Source: Thermoanaerobaculia bacterium
Lineage (GTDB): Bacteria > Acidobacteriota > Thermoanaerobaculia > Multivoradales > JAGPDF01
Assembly: GCA_031403995.1 (NCBI GenBank)
Contig: JANNGS010000012.1
Location: 4,999-68,998, forward strand
Length of the DNA: 64,000 nt
Direction: 5' to 3'
A program made the position numbers and the translations under genes. Below the pieces are notes generated by a model. That model did no database searches, was not told the origin of the DNA, and was given only the letters and a program-made list of their open reading frames with translations. This document shows positions 7,215-16,818 of this stretch, piece after piece (position 1 is the first letter of the stretch; every line of letters begins with the position of its first letter).

Positions 7215-10148
7215 TCAGGGCGTCGAGGCGCTCCAGCGATCGAGCGAGCCGCCCTCGAAGCCGTCCACGAAGAGCTCGTTGCACGCCTGCGAGGTCCCCG
7301 CCACCCAGGACGGACAGAGCGCCCAGAGCTCGGAGCCGCGCTCGTCGGTGGCGCGCAGGAAGACGCGATGCTGCGTCGCGGTCAACTCCTCGGGCCACGA
7401 CGACAGCGGTCCGGGCCGGATCTCGGTCAGCGGGCCGGTCGACTCCGGAGTTCCGGCGGTGACCCAGAGCTCGCGACCGGCAGAGAGTGTCTCTGCCGCA
7501 AACACGAATGCGCCGCCGATCGGCTCGAAGCCGGCGGGCTGCGAAGACATCGGACCGGGCGCGAGATCGGCCACCATCGCCGTGCCTGCCGCCGTTCCGT
7601 TCGAGAACCAGAGCTCACGTCCGTGCTGGCCGTCGTTCGCGGAGAAGATCACTCCGCCTGCGACTGCGGTGAACTCAGCGGGCGCAGAGCTGCCGGCCGG
7701 CGAGAGGTTCGCCAGAACCTCCGTGCCTGCCACTGTTCCATCCGTCCGCCAGAGCTCCCGGTCTCCTCCGGAATCTGTCGCCGCAAAGAGACTCCACCCG
7801 CCGACCGCGACGAAGCCGTCCGGATCGGCGTCGTCGGATCCGGCCGCGATGTCGGCCAGCAGGATCGCCGATTCCCCTTGGCGACAGAAGTACGCTTCCA
7901 GCCCCTCCGCGGTCGTGCGTGCCTTGAAGGTAACACCGGTACCGAGCTCGCCGATCCAGCTCTCTGGCGGAAAGCCTTGATAGTCCTGATAGTCCGGGGC
8001 CTCGCAAAAGGACTGCGTTCCCCCCGCGGTACCGTCCGTCGCCCACAACTCGTGCGGCTCTCCCGCGAGAAGGTTGCGGAAGTAGACCCGCTCCGCCCCC
8101 GCGGCAAGAAACGGGAAGATCTCGAATCCGCTGCCCGTCTCGCTCAGCGAGCCCAGCGACGGCGGATCGCCCTCGAAGGCAAAGAGCGCCGTTCCGCTCG
8201 AGATCAAGGAACGGCCGTCGAACGACAGCGACGAGAAGCCCCAAAAAGATTCGAGGCCGAGCGAACCCAGGCTGCCGGGGGCTCCGGTGGTGTAGAAGAG
8301 GCGCTGCGACGATCCCGTGCCCTCCGGATCGGCCCGGATCGGCCAAACGCCGTCGGCCGGCTGAAAGGGCACCGGCCAGCTTCCTCCGGGTCCCGGTCTG
8401 ACATCGACCACCATTCGTGTATTGCCACCATTACCCCCGCTGACCCAGGGCTCCGCGCCGTGCACGGACTCCGCCGCCGCGAAGAGGACGCGATCTCCGT
8501 TCGCCGAGAAGCGTTCCGGCTGCGACTGGTCGATCGCCGTCGAGAGGTTGACGATCATGTGCGTCCCGCTCGGGGTTCCGTCGGTAGTCCAGGGTTCGAC
8601 GCCGGCTCCGGCGCCTTGGGCAGCGAAAACCAGCCGATTTCCCGGCAGGGCGACTGTCCCGGCGCGGTCGATCGCACCCGGCGCTAGGACCTCGAAAGTG
8701 CCGGCCGCGACCCCGTTCGTCACCCAGAGTGCCGGGGAACCAACCAGCGAACCCTTCAGAAAATACAGTCTTGCTTCCGAGACACCGAAGGATTGGATCT
8801 CACAGCCGCTGGAGCAGTCGAAGGCTTCGATCTCGAGGGTGCCTGGCGCGGTGCCGTCCGTTTTCCGGAGCGACGTCCCGGAACTGTCGGAGACCACGAA
8901 GTAGGCGTCGCCGCCCATCGTGCCGAGACCCCTTATCCCGCATGAGCCCGCGGCGTCGCATCCGACCGCGACGTCGATCGTGCCGATCGCGGTACCGTCC
9001 GAAAGGAACAGGTGATCGCGCGTGTCGCTCGGCGGTGCCGGAAGGGTAGCCACGAAGAGCGCCCGGCCGCCGATCGGCTGCGCCACCAGCGGTTGGATAG
9101 AGATGGCGTCAACCAGCGCTGTGAGGGCATCGGGTTCGAGCTCCGTCGGGATCGCGGCCCAAAGCTGAGTGGAGCCGGCCGAAGTCGCCGCCAGAACGAG
9201 ACGGTCAGAGAGAGCGACCGGCTCGTATCCATCCTCCGCCGACCCCACTAGCGGCAGCAGGTCTGCGAAGACGCGCGTCCCGGTTGCGGTCCCGTCGGTT
9301 ACGGCAAGAGGTGGCGCGCCGCCCATATTGGACCCGACAAAGAACGCCCAATCACCGACGCGGGCGAATCCTCGCGCATCCAGAATGTCGGTCCCTGGAA
9401 GCTCCGAAAGGAAGGGCTCCGTTCCGGCCTCGGTTCCGTCCGTTCGCCAGAGCTCGAATCCGTTCGGAACGGTCTGCAGCGAGAACAAGATCCTGCCTCC
9501 CAGGCGGATGAAGTCGGGCACCCCCGCCCAGATCACCGGATCCTGTCCGAGCTCAGCCACACGATGGGTTCCGCCGGAGGTTCCGTCGGTATCCCAGAGC
9601 TCGTAGGTCGGGCCTTCGAGCGCATGCAGAATCGCAATCCAGAATAGGAAGCGATCGCCCAGTTGACGCTCCTCGCACGACTCCGGCCCGGGGTAGATCA
9701 GGCCGGGTATCGAATTGGGCGGGAGTGACGCAAGCAGTGCGGTCCCGATATTGGTGCCGTCCGTGGACCAGAAGGACCCGATTCCACCGGGCGAGCCCGG
9801 CGCCCAGAAGATCCACCGTTGCGCATCGACGCACATCATCCTGGTGGTGAGCGAGCTCGTGGCCTCGTAGGCAAACAGGTCGGAGATCGGGGCTGTGCCG
9901 GCTGCAGTGCCGTCGGTGCTCCACATCGTCCAACGGCTGCCGGCGGAAGCGGAAGCGGCCCAGAAGTTGGCGCGACCGTTCACCGCCGCTTCGAAGCTCA
10001 GGTACGAGCTCAGCTGAGCGTCCGAGGGGTCGTCCGCGATGTCGCGAACGAGGTAAGGCACATCCATCGGCTGCGCGGCCGCGGGCGCGTTCATCGCAAG
10101 CGAATACACAGCGACGAACGCTGCGACCGCTCCGGCCACGCGATTCAC
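7215..10148 (-). CDS. secreted ELWxxDGT-repeat protein (977 aa)
   Basis: Signal peptide MNRVAGAVAAFVAVYSLAMNAPAAAQP, then about 14 units of the pattern (E)LW.TDGT.xGT (e.g. ELWRTDGTEAGTEP, ELWATDGTAGGTQS, ELWRTDGTVAGTEV). This matches my memory of the ELWxxDGT repeat family. Confidence 0.8.
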   Translation of the reverse strand: MNRVAGAVAAFVAVYSLAMNAPAAAQPMDVPYLVRDIADDPSDAQLSSYLSFEAAVNGRANFWAASASAGSRWTMWSTDGTAAGTAPISDLFAYEATSSLTTRMMCVDAQRWIFWAPGSPGGIGSFWSTDGTNIGTALLASLPPNSIPGLIYPGPESCEERQLGDRFLFWIAILHALEGPTYELWDTDGTSGGTHRVAELGQDPVIWAGVPDFIRLGGRILFSLQTVPNGFELWRTDGTEAGTEPFLSELPGTDILDARGFARVGDWAFFVGSNMGGAPPLAVTDGTATGTRVFADLLPLVGSAEDGYEPVALSDRLVLAATSAGSTQLWAAIPTELEPDALTALVDAISIQPLVAQPIGGRALFVATLPAPPSDTRDHLFLSDGTAIGTIDVAVGCDAAGSCGIRGLGTMGGDAYFVVSDSSGTSLRKTDGTAPGTLEIEAFDCSSGCEIQSFGVSEARLYFLKGSLVGSPALWVTNGVAAGTFEVLAPGAIDRAGTVALPGNRLVFAAQGAGAGVEPWTTDGTPSGTHMIVNLSTAIDQSQPERFSANGDRVLFAAAESVHGAEPWVSGGNGGNTRMVVDVRPGPGGSWPVPFQPADGVWPIRADPEGTGSSQRLFYTTGAPGSLGSLGLESFWGFSSLSFDGRSLISSGTALFAFEGDPPSLGSLSETGSGFEIFPFLAAGAERVYFRNLLAGEPHELWATDGTAGGTQSFCEAPDYQDYQGFPPESWIGELGTGVTFKARTTAEGLEAYFCRQGESAILLADIAAGSDDADPDGFVAVGGWSLFAATDSGGDRELWRTDGTVAGTEVLANLSPAGSSAPAEFTAVAGGVIFSANDGQHGRELWFSNGTAAGTAMVADLAPGPMSSQPAGFEPIGGAFVFAAETLSAGRELWVTAGTPESTGPLTEIRPGPLSSWPEELTATQHRVFLRATDERGSELWALCPSWVAGTSQACNELFVDGFEGGSLDRWSASTP

Positions 10149-10250
10149 CCTCGCGCGTCCACAGGGAAAGAGGATTGCAGATCGAGAGCACTCATCGACT
10201 CCAGTGTACCTCGGACCGCATCGACCTCCAGCGCGGTTCGCGACCGCCTC

Positions 10251-13200
10251 TCAGGGCTTCCCGCTCATCGCCTTCGCGACGCGCTCGGCCTCGCGCCAGA
10301 CGCGCAGGAGGTTGCCGCCGGCGATCTTTTCGATGTCGGCTTCGCTGTAGCCACGTTCGAGAAGGCGCGCGAAGAGGTTGGGGTACATCGAAACGTCGCG
10401 CAGCCCGAAGGGCAGGCTGTCGCCGACGCCGTCGAAGTCGGAGCCCAGGCCGACGTGGTCGATGCCGGCGATCTCGACGACGTGGTCGATGTGCGCCACG
10501 ACGTCGTCGAGGGTGGCGCGCGGCAGCGGGTTCTCCTGCTCCCACTTCTCTTCGAACGCCTTGGCCTCCGGAGAGTTCTCGGCGACCCCCTTCTCCTTGA
10601 GGAAGGCGGCCTGGGCGAGGAAGCCGTCGAGCGCGTTCTTGTTTGCCGCGGCGGTCAGGAACGACGATCCGAAGTTGATCTGCAGCACGCCGCCTTTCGC
10701 CGCCAGGCCGCGGATGCGCGCATCGTCGAGGTTGCGCTCGAAGCCGGGGGTGAAATGCCGGCAGGAGGAGTGCGAGGCGAGAGGCGGCGCCTGCGAGAGG
10801 GCGAGCGCCTGGTCGAACGCCTCGTCCGAGACGTGCGAGAGATCGACCATGATCCCCAACCGGTTCATCTCGGCGACGACCTCGCGGCCGAACGGAGAAA
10901 GCCCGTGCCACAAGCGACTCTCCGGCGTCTCATAAGACGAGTCGCAGATCAGGTTGTTCTTGCCGTGCGTCAGGGTGACGTAGCGCACGCCCCGCGAGTG
11001 GAAATGGGCGAGATTCGCCAGTCGGTCTTCGATCGCCGCGCCGTTCTCGATGCCGAGCGCGAACGAGAGCTTGCCCGCGGCGCGATTCGCCAGCGCCTGA
11101 TCCGGCGTCGCCGCCATCGCCCACTTCGCCGGCGCCGCCGCGACGATCCCCTCGACCATATCGATGAGCCCGTCGGCGAGCGCCTTGGCGCCGCCGGTCT
11201 CCTGCAGCTTCGCGGGTACATAGATCGACATGAACGTCGTGTCGAGGCCGCCGGCGACCGCTCGCGGATGGTCGAAGTCCCCCTTTGCCGTGCGCAGGGA
11301 GATGTCCTCCATCTCGTCCTTCAGACGATAGGGAACGTCGATGTGGGTGTCGACGACCAGGAAGCGGTCGGCGAGCGCTTGCCCGCGCGCCGCGAACGCC
11401 GCCTGGCGCTCCGCGCCGCTCCTGCCGAGCGCCAGGAGGTTGGCGAACAGTCGGTAGGCGCCCGGCACGCCGGCCGGCAGCTGGCGAAAGAAGGCGAGGC
11501 CGGTGTAGACGTAGGTCCCCTGGCCGAGCCCCGCCACCAGCAGCCCGCCGCGCTGCGCCGGCTGGTCGGGGTCCTGGAGCTCGAGGAGCGGCGTAAAGGC
11601 CGCCTCCCACCCGGACGGCATGTAGAGAGAGCGCTCCTGCACCCAGCCCTCCCAGTCGGCCGGACCGATCCGATTGGGGGTGGTGAACGCGGGGTGATCC
11701 GCGACGAGGAGCTTCACCGGCGCCGTCTCGTCCGTGATCCGGCCGTGCGGGCGCGACATCTCGAGCAGGTAGGGCGCGAACTTGCCGTCGGTGAACGGAT
11801 ACTGCTGGTACTGGACGATCGCGAGACCCCCGGCCCGCACATAGTCGAGGAGACGCCCGTTCGCCTTCTGCAGGGCGCGGTCGGTCTCGTAGGCGCGGCT
11901 CCCGACCACGATGGCGTCGAAGCGTGCCAGATCGCCGTTCTCGAGGTCGGCGGCGCTGAGGATCTGGATCGGCACGCCGATCTCGGCCAGGAGCCCCGGC
12001 ACCTTGTCCGAGGCGCCGAGGACGTAGCCGACGCGGGCGAGCTGCGGCAGCCGGATGTCGGCGCGCACCAGCTCGAAGCGGTCGCTGCCGCGCAGCGGCG
12101 ACGGCGGGACGTGCGGGTAGTCGAGGAGCGGCGCCGCGGCGCGCGAGCGTTCGTCGCCGGAGGTCGCGGTGACTGTGAGCGCGAGGCGGGCCGTGCCGTT
12201 CGCAGGACAGTCCGGCACCGGGACGCGGAGGCTCGTGCTGCCGCGCGCCTCCCCGATGCGGAAGGGGATCGCCGTCCGCGGCCGACCACCACAATTTCCG
12301 GTATCGCCGGCGAAGGTGAGCTCTCCTTCGAGCGCTGCGGAGAGATGCGACGCAAGGTCGACGGCGACCTCCGGCGCCGGTCCGCCGTTCGGCCAGACCG
12401 CAACGTCAGGAGAGACACGCAGCTCGAGACGCGGCACGACGGCGACCGGACGGCGGATCTCGCCGCGCGCCTGGTCGGCGTAGCGATAGACCGCCTCGCG
12501 ATCGAATTTCACCGCCCGGCCGCCGAGCTCGAGCGTCACCCGGCCGGCGAGCACCGGTGCGCCGAACGGCTCGCCGCGATCTTCCTCAGCCGCGGCGCTC
12601 CAGTCGTAGAGACCGTCCCGCCGCGGCAGCTCGAGGAAGTAGGGCCGTGTGGTGCGGGCGTCGCGGTGCACGTTGAGCGTGCGCTCGAAGCGCACCAACT
12701 CGCCGGGGGCGATCTGCGCGTGCTTGCCGAGCTGTTCCTGCAGGCTCTCTTCGGTCGGCGACCGCGCCACGTCCTCGAGGCGCGCGCCGGACCAGCCGAT
12801 TCCGACCGGCTTCACCGCCTGCGCGCCGGCGTTCCACAGGGCGATGGAGAGCCTCACCGCCTCGCCGGGGACGAGCTCCTCCCGGTCCACGAAGACGTCG
12901 ACGGCGACTCCGCTCGCGATGAGCAGCGCCTGCTCGCCGACCGCGATCTTCTCGGCGATGAGCTCGGCGACCGGACGGGCCTCGGCGAGCGTGCTCTTGT
13001 CGCAGGCCCCGCGGGCGCGGTCGAGCGCGGCGAGCGCCCGGATCAGTGGCGCCGCCACGTCGGCCAGCCGGTCGGGGCGCAGGGCGCCGCGCGCCGCCGC
13101 GATCTCGGACTGGGCGCTCGCCAGCTCCCGCCGCACTCCGGCGGCGAGCGGACCGTCGCCGAGCGTCGCCGCGAGGCCGGCGAGAGAGGTGTCGATCCTG

Positions 13201-14168
13201 GCGAAGAGATCGTTCGCCGCCGCCCCTCCCGGCCCTTCGACGAAGGTGTACTTGCCGTCGCGCGGACCGAGCTCGATGAGCCGCCCCATGTCCTGCGAGC
13301 GGTGTTGGCTGCGCGACTTCATGGCGAGCTGCATCGTCGAGAGGCCGCTCCACGGGTCGATGCCGCCGAGCGGCCGCGAGACCGTCGCGCTCTCGGGCGC
13401 AAACCAGGCGGCGCGGAAGAGCGCCTGGGCCTTCCAGGGCGCGCCCGCCTCGGCGCCCTCCCCGAGCGCCGGCAGCGGCTCCGCCGAGCGCGCGAAGGCT
13501 AGATAGGCGGTGTGCCCGGCCGCCTGATGCTGGCCGTGCCCGCCCGTCCCGTCGTTGCCGAAGACCGAGAGGACGACCTGCGGCTTGAAGCGTCGCACGA
13601 CGCGCACGGCGTCGGCGAGCAGCACCTCCTCGGGCCACTTGCCGAGCGTCTCGGGAAGCGACCGCGTGTAGCCGAAGTCGAAGGCGCGGGTGAAGTACTG
13701 CCGGGCGCCGTCGACACCGCGCGCCGCCAGGAGCTCCTGGGTGCGCAGGACGCCGAGCGCCTCGCCGAGGTCGGGTCCGATCAGATTCTGTCCGCCCTCG
13801 CCGCGCGACAGCGAGAGGTAAGCCGCTTCTCCGCCGAGCTCGCGCGAGACTAGCGCCAGCGCCGAAGTGTCCTCGTCGTCAGGGTGGGCGCCGATGACCA
13901 GGAGCCGCCGGTGCGTCTGGAGCTTGGCGAGCGCCCGGTCGAGCGCCGCGTAGCCGCCGGTCCCGGCCGGCTCGTAGACCGACGGCAGGACGTTCGCCGC
14001 CGTCGCCTGAAGCGGCGGCAGCGCAAGCAAAGCGAATGCGAGCAGGGAGGCCAGGCCGATCATCCCGGTCATCCCGGTCATTCCGGCCATGCCGGCGCGG
14101 GCGATGACGGAGAGCGAGGTCGAACGAGCGGCGGAGCGAACGGAGGCGGTCGAGAACGGAAGCGGCAT
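10251..14168 (-). CDS. multidomain exported protein: PIG-L/LmbE deacetylase, class-I glutamine-amidotransferase-like (ThuA-like) region, M19 membrane dipeptidase
   Basis: One uninterrupted 1305-codon frame. N-terminus carries LLVIGAHPDDEDTSALALV (PIG-L motif). The middle carries FDAIVVGSRAYETD..GGLAIVQYQQ. The C-terminal 370 aa (about 10254-11363) carry FLVVDTHIDVPYRL .. VRYVTLTHGKNN .. IMVDLSHVSD .. GIDHVGLGSDFDG (renal-dipeptidase M19 hallmarks). The start is ambiguous among in-frame ATGs at 14168, 14090, 14081, 14072 and 14063. Confidence 0.8.
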   Translation of the reverse strand: MPLPFSTASVRSAARSTSLSVIARAGMAGMTGMTGMIGLASLLAFALLALPPLQATAANVLPSVYEPAGTGGYAALDRALAKLQTHRRLLVIGAHPDDEDTSALALVSRELGGEAAYLSLSRGEGGQNLIGPDLGEALGVLRTQELLAARGVDGARQYFTRAFDFGYTRSLPETLGKWPEEVLLADAVRVVRRFKPQVVLSVFGNDGTGGHGQHQAAGHTAYLAFARSAEPLPALGEGAEAGAPWKAQALFRAAWFAPESATVSRPLGGIDPWSGLSTMQLAMKSRSQHRSQDMGRLIELGPRDGKYTFVEGPGGAAANDLFARIDTSLAGLAATLGDGPLAAGVRRELASAQSEIAAARGALRPDRLADVAAPLIRALAALDRARGACDKSTLAEARPVAELIAEKIAVGEQALLIASGVAVDVFVDREELVPGEAVRLSIALWNAGAQAVKPVGIGWSGARLEDVARSPTEESLQEQLGKHAQIAPGELVRFERTLNVHRDARTTRPYFLELPRRDGLYDWSAAAEEDRGEPFGAPVLAGRVTLELGGRAVKFDREAVYRYADQARGEIRRPVAVVPRLELRVSPDVAVWPNGGPAPEVAVDLASHLSAALEGELTFAGDTGNCGGRPRTAIPFRIGEARGSTSLRVPVPDCPANGTARLALTVTATSGDERSRAAAPLLDYPHVPPSPLRGSDRFELVRADIRLPQLARVGYVLGASDKVPGLLAEIGVPIQILSAADLENGDLARFDAIVVGSRAYETDRALQKANGRLLDYVRAGGLAIVQYQQYPFTDGKFAPYLLEMSRPHGRITDETAPVKLLVADHPAFTTPNRIGPADWEGWVQERSLYMPSGWEAAFTPLLELQDPDQPAQRGGLLVAGLGQGTYVYTGLAFFRQLPAGVPGAYRLFANLLALGRSGAERQAAFAARGQALADRFLVVDTHIDVPYRLKDEMEDISLRTAKGDFDHPRAVAGGLDTTFMSIYVPAKLQETGGAKALADGLIDMVEGIVAAAPAKWAMAATPDQALANRAAGKLSFALGIENGAAIEDRLANLAHFHSRGVRYVTLTHGKNNLICDSSYETPESRLWHGLSPFGREVVAEMNRLGIMVDLSHVSDEAFDQALALSQAPPLASHSSCRHFTPGFERNLDDARIRGLAAKGGVLQINFGSSFLTAAANKNALDGFLAQAAFLKEKGVAENSPEAKAFEEKWEQENPLPRATLDDVVAHIDHVVEIAGIDHVGLGSDFDGVGDSLPFGLRDVSMYPNLFARLLERGYSEADIEKIAGGNLLRVWREAERVAKAMSGKP
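14061..14096. repeat. 4 x 9-nt tandem repeat inside the 5' end of the PIG-L fusion gene
   Basis: catcccggt catcccggt cattccggc catgccggc on the + strand, which is (ATG-xxx-GGx)4 on the coding strand and encodes MAGMTGMTGM. Confidence 0.9.
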
Positions 14169-14275
14169 GCCCGATTCTAGCCACGTCTCCTACACGTGCA
14201 CCGCCCACCCGCGGGAGGGTAGGATCGCGGCCGCAACTTCTCTGCTGTCTGCAACCCTCCTCGAGGAGAGTCCCG

Positions 14276-15844
14276 ATGCCCTTCGCTGCACTTGCTCTGC
14301 TCCTGTCACTCATCGCCGCGCCGGCCGCGCAAGCCGCCACCGCCGGGAGCTTCGGCCGTGTCGACTTCGCGAACTCGGGCGCCGCCGCGGCGCAGGCCGA
14401 CTTCGCCGCCGGCCTCGCCCTCCTCCACGACTTCGAATACAACGCCGCTGCCGAGGCGTTCGTGCGCGCGCAGACCGCCGATCCCGGTTTCGCCATGGCC
14501 TACTGGGGCGAGGCGATGACCTACAACCATCCCATCTGGATGCAGCAGGACGCCGCTGCCGCGCGCGCTGCGCTCGCCCGCCTCGCGCCGACCGCGGCGG
14601 AGCGCCGCGCCAAGGCGCCGACCGAGCGCGAGAAGGCCTGGCTCGACGCCATCGAAATCCTCTACGCGGCGGACGCTCCCGGAGCGCCGGGGCCGGGAGA
14701 TGCCGAGCCCGGAAAACGGGCGCGCGACTTCCTCTATGCGGCGGCGATGGCGAAGCTCCGGGCGAGCTACCCAGCCGATGTCGACGCCGTGGCCTTCCAT
14801 GCGCTCGCGATTCTCGGCACCGCCCACTCCGGGCGCGATGTGACGTCCTACATGCGCGCCGCGGGCCTGCTCGAGGAGGCCTGGATGAGCCACCGCGAGC
14901 ATCCCGGCGTGCTGCACTACCTGATCCACAGCTACGATGATCCGACCCACGCCCCGCTCGGCCGGCGCGCCGCGGAGCTCTACGCCAAGGTCGCCCCCGA
15001 CGCCGGGCATGCCATTCACATGACCTCGCACATCTTTCTCGCGCTCGGCATGTGGCAGGAGACGGTCGACACCAACATCGCCGCGCTCGCCGCCGTCAAC
15101 CGGATGCGCGCCGCAACGGGCAAGGCTCCGGCACGCTGCGGGCACTATCCGAACTGGTTGGGTTACGCCCACCGGCAGATCGGACAGATGGACCGGGCGA
15201 AGGAGGTGCTCGTCGCCTGCCGCGCGGCGGCAGAAGAGGAGAAGTCCTCGGCGGAGCCCAGCCATTCGATGGACCCCGACGACAGCCTGGGTGGAGCGTT
15301 CGCCAGCATGCGCCTCGGTTACCTTCTCGAGAGCAGCGACTGGCAGGGCGAGATCGCCGCCTGGCCGCTGCCGCCGGTCGCCGGACCGGGGGCGCGGCTC
15401 GACTTCGCCTTCGCGCGCGCCCTGCGCGCCATCGCCCAGGCCGATGCCGGGGAGCCCGTCGAGACCCGGCTGGCGATGGCCGACCTCGAGACCGTCGGCC
15501 GCGAAGCGGTGGCCATCGAGATCGCCAAGAACGATCCCGATCCGACCTATCGCGTGCGCCCCGAGATCTTCCGGCTCGAGGCAGAGGGTCTGCTCGCCGA
15601 GAAGAGGGGTGACTTCGCCGGCGCCGAGAAGCACCTGCGGCAGGCGGTCGCGCTCGAGGACGGCTTGCCGGTCGCTTTCGGTCCGCCGACAATCGACCTG
15701 CCGACCCACGAGCTCTTGGGCGAGTTCCTCCTCCGGCGCGGCCGCAAGGACGAGGCGCGCGCCGAGTTCGAACGCGCGCTCGCCTTGGCCCCCGGCCGGC
15801 GTGCCGCCCTGCAGGGGCTCGCGGCGGCGAAGAAAGACGCCTAA
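14276..15844 (+). CDS. secreted TPR-like repeat protein
   Basis: Signal peptide MPFAALALLLSLIAAPAAQAA. Helical repeats with TPR-like spacing (FEYNAAAEAFVRAQTADPGFAMAYWGEAM; C-terminal RGRKDEARAEFERALALAPG). Divergent from the 10251-14168 gene. Confidence 0.7.
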   Translation: MPFAALALLLSLIAAPAAQAATAGSFGRVDFANSGAAAAQADFAAGLALLHDFEYNAAAEAFVRAQTADPGFAMAYWGEAMTYNHPIWMQQDAAAARAALARLAPTAAERRAKAPTEREKAWLDAIEILYAADAPGAPGPGDAEPGKRARDFLYAAAMAKLRASYPADVDAVAFHALAILGTAHSGRDVTSYMRAAGLLEEAWMSHREHPGVLHYLIHSYDDPTHAPLGRRAAELYAKVAPDAGHAIHMTSHIFLALGMWQETVDTNIAALAAVNRMRAATGKAPARCGHYPNWLGYAHRQIGQMDRAKEVLVACRAAAEEEKSSAEPSHSMDPDDSLGGAFASMRLGYLLESSDWQGEIAAWPLPPVAGPGARLDFAFARALRAIAQADAGEPVETRLAMADLETVGREAVAIEIAKNDPDPTYRVRPEIFRLEAEGLLAEKRGDFAGAEKHLRQAVALEDGLPVAFGPPTIDLPTHELLGEFLLRRGRKDEARAEFERALALAPGRRAALQGLAAAKKDA

Positions 15845-15877
15845 GAGACCGCCGGATAGACCGGGCAATTTCTCCCC

Positions 15878-16339
15878 ATGCGCGCGCTCGAGCTGAAGGT
15901 CCCGCCGGTGGTGCTGTCCGCGCTCTGCGCAGCGGCGAGCTACGGCCTCGCACGCGGCGGTCCGGGGCTGGCGTTCGCGCTGCCGGGGACGACCGTCGCC
16001 GCCTGCCTGCTCGCCGTCTTCGGCGCGGTCATCGCCGTCGCCGGCGTGGCCGTCTTCGTGCGCAGCAAGACCACGGTGAATCCGCACCGGCCGGACAAGA
16101 CCTCGTCGGTCGTCGCGAGTGGCGTCTATCGCATGACGAGGAATCCGATGTACTTTGGCCTCCTCCTGATCCTCGCCGCCTGGGCCCTGTACCTCTCGAA
16201 TGCGGCGGCGGCGCTCCCGCTGCCGGCGTTCGTCGCCTACATGAACCGGTTCCAGATTGAGCCCGAGGAACGTGCCCTGAAGGCCAAGTTCGGCTCGCCG
16301 TTCTCAGACTACATGGCCGCCGTCGGCAGGTGGCTGTGA
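15878..16339 (+). CDS. isoprenylcysteine carboxyl methyltransferase (ICMT)/phospholipid methyltransferase family membrane protein
   Basis: Four TM segments and the C-terminal motif GVYRMTRNPMYFGLLL ... IEPEERALKAKFG, typical of the ICMT/PEMT family. Confidence 0.75.
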   Translation: MRALELKVPPVVLSALCAAASYGLARGGPGLAFALPGTTVAACLLAVFGAVIAVAGVAVFVRSKTTVNPHRPDKTSSVVASGVYRMTRNPMYFGLLLILAAWALYLSNAAAALPLPAFVAYMNRFQIEPEERALKAKFGSPFSDYMAAVGRWL

Positions 16340-16356
16340 CCGAGGAGGATCGCGCC

Positions 16357-16818
16357 ATGAGTGACACGAGTTTCGAAAATCCCAAACCGGATGCCCGGCC
16401 GGACGCGCTGGGCACGCCAAGCGCCGGGGCCTCCCCGACGCCCCTCGCCGCCTGGCACGAGCTGGTCCGCACGCGCAGCACGGCAGGCTTGAGCGATCTG
16501 CTCGCCGAGGAGATCGTCTTCCACTCCCCCGTCGTGCACACACCCCAGCGTGGCAAGGCGCTCGCGCTGCAGTATCTTCACGCCGCTTTCCAGGTCTTCG
16601 GCAACGAGACCTTCCGCTATGTGCGGGAGCTCGTCGGCGAGCGTGACGCGGTGCTCGAGTTCGAGGCCGAGATCGACGGCGTGCATGTCAACGGCGTCGA
16701 CATGATCCGTTGGGACGATGCCGGCCGGATCGTCGATTTCAAAGTCCTCGTCCGTCCGCTCAAGGCGGTGCTGAGCATCCAGCAGAAGATGGCCGCGCTG
16801 CTCCAGGCGCGGGCCTGA
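16357..16818 (+). CDS. NTF2-like (SnoaL-type) domain protein
   Basis: AAWHELVRTRSTAGLSDLLAEEIVFHSPVV...FEAEIDGVHVNGVDMIRWDDAGRIVDFKV fits the SnoaL/NTF2 fold pattern. Start could be 16330 or 16357. Confidence 0.6.
   Translation: MSDTSFENPKPDARPDALGTPSAGASPTPLAAWHELVRTRSTAGLSDLLAEEIVFHSPVVHTPQRGKALALQYLHAAFQVFGNETFRYVRELVGERDAVLEFEAEIDGVHVNGVDMIRWDDAGRIVDFKVLVRPLKAVLSIQQKMAALLQARA

Noticed and set aside
9819-13502. 1227-aa + strand ORF, among the longest in the six-frame track
   Set aside because: It is antisense to the PIG-L/dipeptidase gene. The translation is Arg/Gly/Ala/Glu/Asp-rich with no recognisable motifs, whereas the minus-strand frame carries clear PIG-L and M19 signatures. This is a typical shadow ORF of a high-GC gene.
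14061-14096. CRISPR-like or other spaced repeat array (also considered for 49705-49749)
   Set aside because: The units are only 9 nt long, contiguous with no spacers, and lie inside coding frames. They are simple in-frame tandem repeats.
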